62,886 nt of DNA, filler included, from Aduncisulcus paluster (GCA_024181965.1; 8 parts of 8 records of this genome joined end to end with filler, not necessarily neighbours in it), one strand, 5' to 3'; shown: positions 35,673 through 49,327, numbered from the whole stretch's first letter. The notes: generated by a model from the sequence alone, not told the origin. Numbers and translations: made by a program.

Positions 35673-36714
35673 AAACAATAGGTATCGATAACTGTGAAGT
35701 GTACCCATGTGATGCCTCTTTTATCTCTTCTGGGATGCCCTTATCACCAATTCCCTCAGGAGATTCTTCCTTCTCTTCGCCTTCAAGGCTAGCACCTGCA
35801 GTCTTCTGTTTCTCTTCCTCAAGTCTTCTCCTTTCCTCGAGAACTTCCTCCCAAGTCCGATATTCGGCCTCATATCTGAACCTACGTTTGAAGAAAACAC
35901 GAACACAATTGACATCACGCTCGAAATAACTCTTGGCATTAACATGGGATACGGAGACCATTTGTGGGACATCAATGAATGTTAAATGTAAGTTTTCATC
36001 AAGGAGAGTGTTGAATTCATTAAAATCGCCATGAATAAGTCCACAGAGAGCCAATTTATAAATGCATTCCATCATTTGGTCATAAACTATCTTAGGACCA
36101 TCGGGCATTGGGAGTTCTCCAACGTTCTGAAGAGGAACTCCTTTGGCAATATCCATGGCAATACAATGACGATTTACATCAATGGGCCTTGGAACGGGGA
36201 ATCCAATATCATATAAAGCTTTTAGATATGCAAACTCCCTCATTGCTGCAAGCCTAGACAAATATATCCAACTAGTGGAGAGTCTTCCATCCATATAATC
36301 TCTATTCTTCTTTACACTTCTGAATGAAGTCCTTCCAAGTCGGTGGAATTTAAGAACAAACCGTTCATCTGTTGGAGAAATAGCAATATAAATATCGGCT
36401 TCTTTACCAACACCAAGTTTTCTCTCTATTCCAAGAATCTCTTCACGTTTGACAAGAGTATTTAAAGCGAGGTAATCATATCCAAGATAAGTAAGAGTAT
36501 ATCCTTGCACTTTACCTCCAGAAAATCCAGCTAATTTATCTTTACAAAGATTTTTGAGTGTTTTTGATGCATTTATCTTTTTAACACCCGCAATGGACTT
36601 GATTAACCCTTCAGGAACATATTCATGATTTTTCATCCCCATTTCAATACCAACAAGCATTCTGAGTTCATCATAACTCATAAAACGAAGCTTGCTAACG
36701 TCAAAACGACCCAT
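35673..36714 (-). CDS. RIO2: RIO2 atypical kinase (40S maturation), 3'-partial
   Basis: IEMGMKNHEYVP, GYTLTYLGYDYLAL, GVGKEADIY, KFHRLGRTSFR and LIHGDFNEFN motifs. Confidence 0.97.
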
Positions 36715-36936
36715 ATTTGAGCTGAGACAAGAAAGAAAAGAAAACAAATCATCTTCTCATTATGAGAATCTCATAAGTCACTATCTACAGATAAAAAGAT
36801 AGAATCAAATCGCTCTATTTCAATTCACTTTGGTTGTTATTTTATTTTACTCTTTTTACAGATCAGAATTTCATCATTCGTGCAGATAATTTGATGTGGT
36901 TCGTTTTGGCGAGATCAACAAAGATATTTTGTTATC

Positions 36937-38053
36937 ATGTATGGAAATACAAATATCATTCAGCAAGTGACAATATTACCAGATATAAAACCTGATGCAA
37001 AGTTTTCTTCTCTCCCCCAATCATATCGGACAAAACTCAAAGATGGTGAGTATGTTTGTGGTTATTAAACCATTATTATTTATATTTGAGAATATATTTT
37101 ACATTTTGTGGTTCCTTCTTTACCTTTTTCAATTATTTAGGGCCAGAATCCAAGCGACAGGTGATAAAGCTGCGTCTGTTCTTTCCCAATTAGAATCCTT
37201 GAAAGATAAGATGGGTAAAGTTATCCCAGAAACACCTGACGTTATTGGGGCAGTGAATACTGTTAATAATAGCTTATCGATCTGTGATGCTCGTTTATCT
37301 CGTTTTTCCGAGGAACACAGAGATTTAGCCAAACTTCTTCATGGAATAATTGCCATTTCTCGCTCAAGGGTGAGAGAAGAAGATTGGAAACGGATATTAG
37401 AGGATGTAGAAACGGGAAAGCAGGTTCGTGGAAGTGTTGAGATTGCCGATGATAAAAAAGAGAAAGCCTCTGATGAGAAAAAGGAAAAAGAGAAAGAGAA
37501 AGAGAAAGAAAAGGAGAAATCATCGTCGTCCAGTAGTTTATTTGGTGGAAGTAGTCTTTTTGGGTCTTCTTCTTCTAAAGACGATAAAAAGGATGATTCC
37601 TCCTCCTCCTCCTCCTCTTCTTCTTCCTCTTCGTCCCTTTTTGGCAGTGTTGGTGGGTATGGAACCAAGAAAACATCTTCTTCCTTGTTCTCGTCTTCTT
37701 CCTCCTTATCTTCGTCTTCTTCTTCCCATAAACCAACTCTTAACATTTACGGCCTTAATATATCAGATAGTAGCTCATTTTGGCGGCATATCCGGTATGA
37801 ACTCCAAGGCAGAGTCCGTCATTTGGAGCAAGCCATCAGACAGAATCTTGGGCATAGGGATCAATGGTCTTCCGATAAGATTAGAAAGCGCACGATAATG
37901 TTATATGAAAAACTTATTTATTGTTCAGCTTTGGTACAAGAATGTGCTGTGAAGGCTGAGAGTATGAAGATTCGAGCTGTTGATATTGCCAAGATGCGTT
38001 GTGGTGTTGAACGGGCAAAAGTGTTCGAATACAAGTTCATGGATATCGAATAA
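36937..38053 (+). CDS. Nup58/Nup49-like nucleoporin (exons 36937-37049 and 37141-38053)
   Basis: Spliced 341-aa protein with AKFSSLPQSYRTKL, coiled coils, internal SLFG repeats and a C-terminal helix (LYEKLIYCSALVQECAVKAESMK) like that of Nup58. Confidence 0.55.
37050..37140 (+). other. Spliceosomal intron (91 nt, phase 2)
   Basis: GTATGT...CTTTTTCAATTATTTAG. Removal joins the ATG exon at 36937 in frame. Confidence 0.8.
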
Positions 38054-38101
38054 TAAACACACGTGGATCTAAATTATTAATTTTAATATAAATTTATATT
38101 C

Positions 38102-40642
38102 TTATAGATATTGAATTCCACCATCTCCCACAGGTCTAAATAAAATCATGGTATTAATCGAAACTTTTGCCCATTCGTGACGATCAAGAGAGGATATTTT
38201 TAGATGATCTGAGAAACATTCATCACATGAACTCGAATCTTGGTATCTTCTTTCGATTTCTTCAGCACAAGAATGTATAATTTGTGCACAACATTGCATA
38301 ATATCACTGAAAGAGAAAAAAGAAGAAAATAAACCCAAAATATCGACTAAATGGACATTAAGTATTTGTTTCTCAGGGATAAATTTAGATATTTGCTCTG
38401 ATTTCTGGGTAATCGCTCTCTCATATGGCTGTTCTGAGTGTTCATCGAGATGTTTATCAATGGAATCGCAAGGAAGACCTGAACAAGGTGAAGGAGGAAG
38501 AGAAGAGGTCGTGGAATCGGCATCGGATTCTTCAATAACATCTCTTTTCGTGTTGATTGGAGAAATTGTAAGGTTATCTTTTGGAAGCTTGGATGGTTTA
38601 TGATATACTGTAGAGCTGACACAAGCAGGACATAAAGAGTTGATCAGATTATTATGAATGGATTCTTCCTTGGTTTCACTTAAATTGGTGGAATATCTAC
38701 TATCTGTAGACGATAAAGATGTTCGCCTTTTCCCATGGAATTGAGCAAAAGATGATAGGTCAAGATTATTCAAACATTTCCAACATAATCTATTTTTAGA
38801 ACATAAAATAAACCAGTCTTCAAGATTCATATGGAGATTCTCTCTCTCAACCTCTAACAACGTACTTGTTGTGGGACTGGTACCGTATGGAAGAGCATCA
38901 TCTATGTCTTCTCTGAGACGGCTCTGATGCTCGGCAAGACGGCTCTGATGCTCGGCAAGACGGCTCTGATGCTCGGCAAGACGGCTCTGATGCTCGGCAA
39001 TCGTCTGTTCAGGCTTTTGCCAATGAATATCTTGAAGGGCACCATAATGGGCTCCACAACAGGAAGGAGAGAGATCTCTCGAAGCAGATAGATTGGAATG
39101 CCATTGCAAAGATCGTCTAGATTGTGAAGAAGGAAGTATGTCTGGATAATGAATACTTTTCTTTGAATACGAATGGTGTGAATTGAGGAAAACAGAAACA
39201 TCTTCCACCATACTCCATTTCCCTAGAGCTCTCTTGATACATTGGACCCTTCCTTTGTAATCAGGAAGACCTATAAATATACGGCTACTCATTCGTCTCA
39301 ATAATGCAGGATCAAGAGCCTTTGGAATATTTGTGCACATCAACATACAAGGAATGTGAGGAATCGGTGGTAAACTATTGTTGCGATGAAGTTTCGACAG
39401 CTGGAAGTAATGTGTATGGTCAGATGGATAAGGAATGGTGGATTTGTTGGAAGGAGAGAAGGGTGTGATAGTTGAGTTAGAAGATATGGCTGAAAGTGAG
39501 TGTTTCATAATACTTCGAGCTTTTTGATCCCGCTTCACTGCCTCAGAACTACAATAATGGTTCATTTCTATGAGGATCTGGCCCAGAAGACCACCGGAAC
39601 CTGCCCCAGTGGCATTAGATGAACTATCATGCATGCCAGAAGTGCCTGATGTTCCTGCTCGAGCACCAACAAGCACATCAATCTCGTCAAACAGAACAAC
39701 GCATTCACATGCACAATGAGAAGCAATGTAAAACAGTGCTGATATATTCTTTTCACTCTCCCCGACCCATTTAGACAGCAAGAGTGAAGGAGAAACATGA
39801 ATAAGGGCAATGTTATGTTGTTTGCAGAGTACTTGAGCAGCTAGGGTCTTTCCACAGCCAGGTGGACCATATAGTAGAGCCACAGGAGATGAGGCTATCG
39901 TGGAAAGCGGGAAGAAGGATTCAAGAGCAGGGCGTGATTTGTATCCCTTTTGCAACAGAATTCGCTCCAACATTTTTAAGGGTCCTGACATTCCAATGAT
40001 TGGACTATCTTCGTGATCAATTCTACTCGATAGAGTATCTTCATCTGAAGCATAGAGCCACGGATACTTCGATTCTGATGGACAAAATGTGTCATATTTG
40101 GGACAATATTCCATTCCAATGGATTTAGCAAGTGTAATATAATGAGGGGGGAGAGAATGTTTCGGATCAGAGGTATCAATGGGATTTGGAGGATCTAGGC
40201 TCATGACAGAGTGGATTCTACCATGATCTAGGGCTTTAATCTTTGGAGATAGAGCATTCGTTGAAGAAATGTATTTGGAAGACACAGAAAAATGTGGTTT
40301 CATAGATGATATTTTGTCAATTCGAGATGATGAAGAAATAACTCTAAATCGAGCGTTGGATAATGCAATTTCACAGGCTGAGATAAGAGAATCAATGATG
40401 TATGAAAACCCATCGCTTCCAGGCGTTTGATCGAATGATTGGGAAAAACACTCGGAAGTTTTGGAATGCGACCGCAACACATATAATACTGATTTTATAT
40501 CTTCTAATTTTGATGTTAGAGTAAAAATGGCATCTGGATCAGAAAGAATCTTCTTTTTAAATGAGATTGGTGGAAATTGTCGAGATAAGGACAGAGAGAC
40601 AGAATACAAGTTATCAATGCTGTCACTAACAATATCCTCCAT
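38102..40642 (-). CDS. AAA+ ATPase (katanin/spastin/VPS4-like clade) with large insertions
   Basis: Walker A GPPGCGKT, pore loop LLSKWVGESEK, Walker B VLFDEID and SRH TNIPKALDPALLRRM. First ATG is at 40642. Confidence 0.88.
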   Translation of the reverse strand: MEDIVSDSIDNLYSVSLSLSRQFPPISFKKKILSDPDAIFTLTSKLEDIKSVLYVLRSHSKTSECFSQSFDQTPGSDGFSYIIDSLISACEIALSNARFRVISSSSRIDKISSMKPHFSVSSKYISSTNALSPKIKALDHGRIHSVMSLDPPNPIDTSDPKHSLPPHYITLAKSIGMEYCPKYDTFCPSESKYPWLYASDEDTLSSRIDHEDSPIIGMSGPLKMLERILLQKGYKSRPALESFFPLSTIASSPVALLYGPPGCGKTLAAQVLCKQHNIALIHVSPSLLLSKWVGESEKNISALFYIASHCACECVVLFDEIDVLVGARAGTSGTSGMHDSSSNATGAGSGGLLGQILIEMNHYCSSEAVKRDQKARSIMKHSLSAISSNSTITPFSPSNKSTIPYPSDHTHYFQLSKLHRNNSLPPIPHIPCMLMCTNIPKALDPALLRRMSSRIFIGLPDYKGRVQCIKRALGKWSMVEDVSVFLNSHHSYSKKSIHYPDILPSSQSRRSLQWHSNLSASRDLSPSCCGAHYGALQDIHWQKPEQTIAEHQSRLAEHQSRLAEHQSRLAEHQSRLREDIDDALPYGTSPTTSTLLEVERENLHMNLEDWFILCSKNRLCWKCLNNLDLSSFAQFHGKRRTSLSSTDSRYSTNLSETKEESIHNNLINSLCPACVSSTVYHKPSKLPKDNLTISPINTKRDVIEESDADSTTSSLPPSPCSGLPCDSIDKHLDEHSEQPYERAITQKSEQISKFIPEKQILNVHLVDILGLFSSFFSFSDIMQCCAQIIHSCAEEIERRYQDSSSCDECFSDHLKISSLDRHEWAKVSINTMILFRPVGDGGIQYL
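38917..39000. repeat. Perfect 4 x 21-bp coding minisatellite
   Basis: GACGGCTCTGATGCTCGGCAA x4, encoding the heptad (L)AEHQSR on the minus strand. Confidence 0.97.
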
Positions 40643-41039
40643 GAGAAGAAGATTGATATTATATTTGATGAATAGAACTTGAAATGAATACTGGAAATCG
40701 AAATTAACCACAGAAATCAGCTGATCAGAAAAGAAAGGTAGTATCTATTATCTGTCAAATATAGGCACCCTTTTCTGAAATATTTCTTTGATTCAAGAAA
40801 GTTGGAGCCAAATAATAAAAAGAAGGCAACAAGAAACCATTGATCAGTACAAAAAGATGACATAGAAAGCCGGAAAAGGGATCTCATGGATTCAAGCTAA
40901 TATGTCAATATGACAATCTTAATTTGGGATATTATACCCAAAATTTTACACTTTTTTATCTGTGTTCCCTATTATTTTCTTTCATTATCAATATTCGTTC
41001 AAACAATCATTTCTTTGCCAATAAGATTATTACTACAAA

Positions 41040-41940
41040 ATGGCCATGAAAATTGATCTCTCTAAAATTCGTTTTGATACTGTAGGCAACTCTTTATCGC
41101 CAGATTTATCTTCTAGGGATCTACTTCTCCTTTTGAAGATAAAAGATTTATTCGCAAGATCATTACCTAGAATGCCCAAGGATTACATTGCTAGATTAGT
41201 TTTTGATCCTAATCATCAATCATTAGCTGTGCTTTATGGTGATTCGGACATTTTATTAGGAAGTATCACCTATAGGCCCTTTTTCAAGTCTGATTTTAGT
41301 GAAATTGCATTTTGTGCAGTTGAAGGGGATTATCAAATTAAGGGAATTGGTACAATCATGATGGATGGTCTTAAAGAAAAGATTAAGGAACAAAATATGC
41401 ATAATATTCTGACATATGCTGATAATAACGCTGTATTGTATTTTCGTAAGCAAGGATTTTCTGCTTCAATTGGATTTGATAAGACAATGTATTGGAATAA
41501 GATTAAACATTACGATAAGGCACTGTTGATGCATTGTGTGATTGAAACTTGCGTTGATTACACACAAATAAGACAAATTATTCAATTACAGCGTGCAACT
41601 ATTTTGGCACGAGCTGGAAGAAGAACTAAAGCGAGTGTTACTGCTAGATTGACTGCTCTTGCTCTGATGCGGGAACAAGAACGAAGAGAATGCCAAAAAC
41701 GGGAAGAAAAAGAGCATAAGAAGGAAGAAAGTACAGAATATTGTACATCATCCCCTCTACTTCCTGTTTCTCTCCCTCAGAAACCCTCTCCTGATCAACT
41801 TAAAGAAATTGACGATGAAAAACAGCGCCGTGATCCCATGTTGCATGAAAATTCTATTTCACTATTTGATTATTATACGTTGAAACAATATGAGGTTCCT
41901 ATTGCCACCTCTGTTCACTCTTCAACTCTCAAGTACCTCG
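41040..41940 (+). CDS. GCN5: GCN5-type histone acetyltransferase domain, 3'-partial
   Basis: LPRMPKDYIARLVFD, EIAFCAV, QIKGIGT, LTYADNNAVLYFRKQGFS and IKHYDKALLMHC motifs. Confidence 0.93.
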
Positions 41941-42040
41941 NNNNNNNNNNNNNNNNNNNNNNNNNNNNNNNNNNNNNNNNNNNNTTAATTAATTAANNNN
42001 NNNNNNNNNNNNNNNNNNNNNNNNNNNNNNNNNNNNNNNN
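41941..42040. other. Artificial contig linker
   Basis: N44-TTAATTAATTAA-N44. Confidence 0.99.
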
Positions 42041-45000
42041 TCAAGACTCTTACATACAACTCTGAGAAGCTCAGATAGAAGTCCGCAGGCCTCGTCTATG
42101 TGGAAAGATACTAAGTGAGAGTTCGAGTGTAAGGAGCATACAGATGAGGTTAACCCAGAACCAGAGTTGTCAGCAAGGAAAGCAGAGGATTGTGGATGAG
42201 GAGTTGATTTGCTTGATTTGCTTGATGAAAGTTGAGATGATTGGTTATTGAATACATACGTGGAGAACGATGAACTCAACAAATTATCCTCCTTCATTCT
42301 TCTTTTCACCCTCCTTCGAAGCATATGTGTCTGCTGCTCACACCAATATTCGACAGTGAGTCTCAGGAACTCAATGCACACGACACAGCAACAAACGAGT
42401 CTCCACACCATCAAAAGAATCTGAGGTCCACGGACAGTCGTTTTCTTGATGCAATTCAGATAAACACCACAGATACAGACACATCGAGATATCAACATTG
42501 TATCCTCTCCTCGTTGATTCAATAAGAATATCTCGTCATCCCAAAGCTGCGAAGAAACCTCTTGTCTCAATGTATTCATCCGTTCTCGCACTTTTTCTTC
42601 AATCCACACAAGAATAGCGCCACTCTCAGTTAACGGAAGCTTAGCAACATGCTTAACCCAATCCACACGCATTGGAAGTGGAGGACAGTGCAAGAAACGA
42701 GCAAAGTTAGAGCTGAATAATGAAGGGGAGAAAGAGAACCCAGGCGAAGAGTGATGTGAACTGTGACAAAATGGGAAGAAAGAGAGAGGAGGGGGAGTTA
42801 TCAGACTGGCAACAACAAGGGGATGTTTAAGAATTTGTTTATGTGATGATCCATAGGCAGATGCGGATATAGTACATTCCTCACCTCGGTTGCCTTGACA
42901 TACACAGCCTCCATCGAGAACAATGCTAGAATAGCGATCAAAAAGACCTCGGCGCATCAAATCTTGACTTCCAGGATCCTTACGAACACGTTTGAGGAAA
43001 GATTCAACACTACCTTCCTCTTTCCGTCCAAACGCCAATTGATCACGGATGATTTGAGTTGGATCCCAAGGTAGAGAGAGTTGGCTTTGTCCAGAAATAG
43101 AGCTTTGAGAAACAAGATCTGCATCTCTTCCTCTCAACTTTCTCATTCCAGTCTGTTTTAGCCCATCTTTGCTTTGAGAAACAGACATCCACAGAGGAAC
43201 ACACATTTTATCGGCTTTTGACACTAATTGAGGTCTAAATCCACAAGTTGCTAAGAGTAATATTTTACATTCCATGAAACGAGAGCTTATATTATGTTGC
43301 AAGAAAGAATTAATCACATCTCTGAGGGAACCTTTGCCTTCTTGCATCATGAACATAGTGTCAAACACATTATTCCACTCTTTGATTGCTGCTTCATTGA
43401 TTTCCTGGGCAACAGAATTATCAGAAGGTGACAGTTTGAGAGTGGCATCAAATACTCGCTGAAGAGATTGTTTAATCATATCAAAAAACATCCACATTGT
43501 TGTTCTGAAAGTCCATTGGAGAGTTCTAAAAACATCACGATCGTCATTAAATTTTTGAATGCTAGCAGAGGAGAAATAGGTGAGCCAGTTGAACATGGAA
43601 TGGCAATTGATCACTCTATAATCATAGTTAAGTGCATTTACACGAGAGAAAAAAGTACAATCATCGGCAATATCAATCGGAAGTTTTTTCACAAGAAGAT
43701 CAGTTTGCTTAATGGTAAGATTGGATTTAAACTGCATTTGAAGCAACACTCGAATAATCATGTAAAAGGAGAGAATAATTCCATCCACAGGTCGCTTACA
43801 ACCACTGATAACGGAAGAAGCTCCATGAAGAATGTGAATATAACATAAAAGTTTGGAGAACTCAAGAAAATGAATGTTAGCAAATGTTTGTTTTGACATT
43901 GAAAACTCTTCGATTTCTTCTCCTTCTCTCTCTTCGTCTCCCTCGTCCATGGCTGTATGAGCAGACTGTTCTTTTCGAATTCGAATGTCAACGCCTGCCC
44001 CAACATCCTTAACGACCTTCTTTGCCATTTTAACAACACAATGACCTGCTATCTCCACGATAGTACTAAACAACCATTCAACTGCACTCCTAGTATTTTC
44101 TGGGACATGCGGCGACACTGAGGAAGGAATGGCAACGATGCCAGGATCCATTGGGTTGTCTGAGCTCTCAGCCATCGGGAATACCATATTTGTAGGCATA
44201 ATTCCCGCTGGAAAAGGAGAAAGAGCGTGTTCCCGAGAGTATTTTTCTCGTTCTTTCCAATCCTCCCTGAATAATGATAACATAACTCGTGCCATTAGAT
44301 TCCTTACATTAGAACAGCCTTCAACAGTAAGACACATTCTGTATTTACAAATTAACCTCGATATCGACTCAACGTCCTTCTTGGAGGAGGGATGGAGGTG
44401 AATACACTCACAAAGACAGCAAGATAACAACGATGAGTAAAAAGTCGATGAGAACGAGGAATTATACAGCAAGTTGGAAGACTCCATTGGGATATTAAAC
44501 AGGGCCAGAGAAGGATGTGAATCTGACTGTTTCCGCTCAAATGATGCACATCGATGGCATAAGGAACCAATATGAGCGAATGACCAGTTAATGCAGGGAT
44601 ATGAATAGATGGAAAGAGGATTCAGAACACAAGAAGAGCAAGAATGGATATGAAAGAGATGAGAGACAGCAACCATGATCCTCTGACGAGCAAAAGCAGT
44701 CCCATAGATCTGAGATGTTTCTGGAGATGTGTACAATGAAGCCTGAGTGGAATCTGAAGTGCCATTCTGTTCTATTTCCTTCTTCGTCTCTTCATCAACT
44801 TCGTCCTCCTCTTCTTTCTGTGGAGAAGAATCATACACACCACCTGCATCTTTCACAGCAGAGGAAGAGGAAGTGAAAGTAAGAAGAGGAGGTGTCAGAG
44901 AAATCATTTCTTGCTTTGAGAGTTCACCACATGTGATGAAAGCGAAACTAGAGAGCCAAACAGCGCCCAAAATATCGCAAAAGGATTCGGAACATGCAGA

Positions 45001-48000
45001 GAAGATCCTTGAATACAAATGCATTGTCTGGATCCCCAAAATAACCTTCTTTTTAATCATTGAGAAAGATGAAATCATCTTTTTGTCCGTGGCATATTGA
45101 CACATTCTTCGATCAGTGACAAAGCGCAGGATTATGGGTGATGTAAAAAACATTGAAATAATCCATTCGGGGGACAAATTAGATAATTTTGTTGACATTT
45201 CCTCCTCATCTTTCTCAGTGGTCGAAGACATAGAGTCTGTTTTGGTCTCAATATACCCCCAGGATGGAATATGTTTCATGTTGATGTTATCTGCCTGGAC
45301 AATGTCGAGAGCAAAGCACATTATTGAGAAGAATGACAGAGAAATCTTCTGATATGATGCGTCAGCAATGCCAGATTCATTGTCATACGAGGGGGTGGAC
45401 TTCTGTGAGGAAGATGCTGCATCAATCGAGGAAGAATATTTGTGGTGGTGAGGAGAAAAGTCTTCCTCATACCCTTCCTCCCTATCGGCATCAAAGATAT
45501 CCAAGGATATCTCTCGATCACTCGAAATTGAGGGTTTGAAACCATCAAATAAATCATCACCAGCTCGACCAAGGAATATACCATTCTTTCCAAGGTATCG
45601 AAGACTGGAATTACTAATGCTTGGGGTTGCAGATCCTTTTCGGAAAGATTTTATGTTATTTTGAGAAACACTAAAAATAGAGTACAACAAATTGACGAAT
45701 TTAGCAACATATTCGTTTGGCGAGAGAACACATGAAATCGTTGACTCATTCCTTGTCCAGTATTGGACAGATGAAGAGGCACTCGAACATATCCAATATC
45801 TTCCATAATCTCTGGAAGAAAGTGAAACGGAGGGATCAGTTTTGTTATCAACGACGTGAATGGTCGATTTGTGCTTTGATCTTCTTTCTTCCTTTCCAAG
45901 ACATCCACACTCACGCACACAGCGAAGAGCATTAGCACAATGGTTCCATTTTGACTCACATACGCCCATAATCATGTTATATTCAAAGGAAGGAAGCAAA
46001 GCAGAGAGTTGGGGGAACAAAAACATGGATAATGGGACAGGACAACACCGATTCACAAGAGTATAGATCATATCGAAGGAAGGAGGGGCAAGGTGGGCGA
46101 ATGATAGTAACAATGAGAGTAATTCAAAGGAAAGAGGAGAAGAAGTATTGTTCTGTGGATTATCGCCGATCACACATGATACATTCAAAAATGATTCAGG
46201 ATTAGCTAATTTAACACATCTTGATGCAATGTGTTGAACCTTCAGAGCCCATGAATCAGAGGTATCCTCAACAAATCGAAACAAAGTGGATAAGGCGCAG
46301 ATACTAATTAATCCGAGGGAATGCGACAAGGATTGTGTTGCTAGAACATTTGAAATGGAATCGCACACAAAGAGAGAGAGAGACAATGCACACGAACGCA
46401 AGAAAGCAGGGGAAGGAAGTGAAGAAAGAGAGAAAGGAATACTGGTTGGGGAGTCAGCCTTGGATGGATCAGAACTGGAGCAAGAAAAGCTTTGACTGCT
46501 CATCTTTGTGCCTTTGAATCGAACACATACCCGGCGTTGTTGGTCTTCTCGATCTTTTCGACTCCCGATATCTTCCCTCGCTGTTCGGTATTTTTCTTCT
46601 TTTTCCTCCGAGGAACTGAAATCCATCCTATTTCCGACTGTCCCAAGCTCGCTCTCACAGACATTTGTTGTTCCTTCGATATACTCTGTGCACAAGAGAA
46701 GAACCGACCCAAGAGCGGCAGTGAGATGGCTTACTGCACCGGCAATGTACTTTGAAGAGGAATCCAAGGGTGAGGAAGCTATTCCAATTGTGTGATTAAT
46801 ATTGTTCAAGTCATTGCCGATATTTGGAGAGAAAAGGGGAGCTTCGGAGGAACTTGACTCAGTTCCGAAGGTTTGCATTTTCATTGCCTGATGATCAGAA
46901 TGTATCGATGATAACTGAGCGCTTTTCTCCCCAATTATTCGCATGACCAAAGGAACCCACATCCGCCAGCAACATAGATAGAAATGCGGATGGATTTGGA
47001 TAATTGTTCGAAGTGCAAGACATACGTCGTACATCATTGCAGTTGATCCCTTCCCAGATATCGAGAAATACGATAGGAAAGACATAAGCAATGATGTGAA
47101 TGAGAGTAATGAAATGTCAGAATGTGTGACGAGAGGAGGAATATAATACGTGGGGAATGAGAATAGGATCACATGCTTTGGATTGGGCATTATAAGAGTA
47201 TGGAGTTCATGACCATCGTGGGCCTGCTTGCCGGAAGAGGAAGGGGAAGATGAAGAGATACTTGACTGGGAGTGTTTCGTGCCGTACTCAAGCTCAGACA
47301 AACCTGACGCAGTGATGTATGAAGAAGAAGAGGAAGAGGAGTCGAGGAGAGAACTTCCTTTCCCACGTTGATTATATAACATTAGCAAAACGTCCAATAT
47401 CTCAATGGAAGTTGCCCTGGATGTGGAGATGGACGGAATTGGTTGAGATAATAGTTGAAGGCAGAACCACAGAGAAACACACGTGTGGTTTCTATCGCTT
47501 CTAAATGGAGATGTTGCAGATCCTGGGAACAATAAACTTGGGGAAAAGATGGGATGAGACGAAACAATGCTGTGTAAGGAAGACCTGGCTTTTGTCGTAA
47601 TTTCTTTTTCCATGACGAATGACTCTTCGATTACTCCAGAGTTTCTCATTATAACTTTGGCTTTATATAGACAGTTTGAGAAACTATGACTAATGTTATT
47701 ATTCATTAGTAGGTTAGAGTGAAGACTGACACCAACTGTGGTTCCAATTGTCCTTGCAATGAACAGATCATCGTTCATTTCAACAGAAAGAGTAGATGGT
47801 AAAAGGAGATGGGAATGTGCGTGTGAATGCTCTTCAGAAGACGCTGGAAATAGAACATGTGAGAAAGAAGAATTGGAGAGTGGATTCGTTGGCGATGCCT
47901 TAAACCATCCATCTTCTCTTTTGATCTCATTTAACTCCACTTTGGATGGCTGTTCCACATGATACATTCTTGATACTAACTCTCGGACTAAACCTCCATG

Positions 48001-49228
48001 GACAATTTCATCAGTTGAGCCATGTGAGGAATACTCTGCAGGATTGAGAAGCATCGAGGACGGAAGAATAGAAGACGATGAAAACACGTATGGAGAGAGT
48101 GTCGAGAATATGGAATGAGGGAGTGTTTGAGTCAGAGAAGGGTCGCGAAGGGATGATGATTGGTCAAAGGGGGGGGGGTTGACCTTGCAGGGTGAACAAT
48201 AGAAATTAGAGGCAAATGTATGGCTAATTGTAAGAGATAAAAATAGAGATGTTGAGAAAATACTTTCGTTGTGAGATTGAAGAAGTCTTGGGAGAAGTAA
48301 AGGCTTGTCACAATGTCCCCCAACACAAAGGCCACCAGAACAATCTCTTAGCTGATAAAATATCGATGAGATGCTTAGTAATGAATGCAAATCGCCTTCA
48401 GAAGTTGTGAGAATTGAAAGGGCCTTTAAAAAGGAAGAACAAGCATCTGATTTGACTCTGATACAATTTTGAGCATGATATCCAAGGAGATACACGGTTT
48501 CCATTCTATTTCGAGTCCTTCCATCTACAGGAATACGTGGTGAATGCTCAAGGAATATGGGAATAGAAGAATGTAATCCAGAATAGAGGACTGAGGAAGG
48601 AGCATGAAGTATAAAATTCCATACTTTCTTTCTAAGATCATGGGATGATATTAATAGGCCCGCTCCTTTCTCAATAAATACAGATAACCAGGTATAAAAT
48701 CCTTCTCCGCCAATATTACACAATTCCATCAATTTTTTGAAAATAATATCTGTTTGTTCATTAGGAGTCGTTTCATCGGCTAAAGCATTGATTAGTGACG
48801 GTGTAATAATAATATCATGTTTTGAAATAATATATTTGACGAGGGTTTTTGGGAAGGTTTCAAGAATTCCATCGAGAAGGAAAATGACACCACGACAACC
48901 GGCTGAGGGATATTTCACAGCACAGATTTTGAAATATTCAACGAAATTTTGTAAACATTTCTTCAAGATAGTAGGATATCAAATGAAAAAAAAGACAAAC
49001 AGCAAAGAGAGGGAAAATGTTAGGACAATATTGAAACTATATAATATTTAAATAAATCAAAGCAACAATGAAAATTTATATCTTACATACATCCCTATCG
49101 CCTATATTCTTGGTTGTTTGTAAAACCCTTGCTAAATTCTCAAACTTATTAATAATATATTGTTGGTAACTACTATAAACATTAATAGGCTTTGAAACGT
49201 CTATTAAGGAGGAGAAATTATGGTACAT
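42041..49228 (-). CDS. Very large helical, Ser-rich hypothetical protein, 3'-partial (exons 49091-49228 and 42041-48960)
   Basis: More than 2300 open codons. A 46-codon ATG exon joins in frame via a GTATGT intron. No family was recognised. Confidence 0.75.
48961..49090 (-). other. Probable spliceosomal intron (130 nt, phase 0)
   Basis: GTATGT donor, CCTAAC branch-like motif and pyrimidine tract. The first downstream AG (GAAG) is in frame. Confidence 0.65.
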
Positions 49229-49327
49229 GTTTGATAATGAAACAAAAGCTCAGATTCTTCAAAAAAAAGGTTTCTTGCTGACCTTATTTTTTTCTTTTTC
49301 CTCTAATAGGATATAATATTCATCAAA

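Noticed and set aside
38917..39000. 21-bp repeats as a CRISPR array
   Set aside because: No spacers, in frame within a coding gene, and no cas genes.
49237..49309. Alternative upstream mini-exon and 40-nt GT-AG intron for the 49328 gene
   Set aside because: It is in frame, but the donor (GTTTCT) is non-consensus and its ATG would be only 8 bp from the opposing gene's ATG at 49228.
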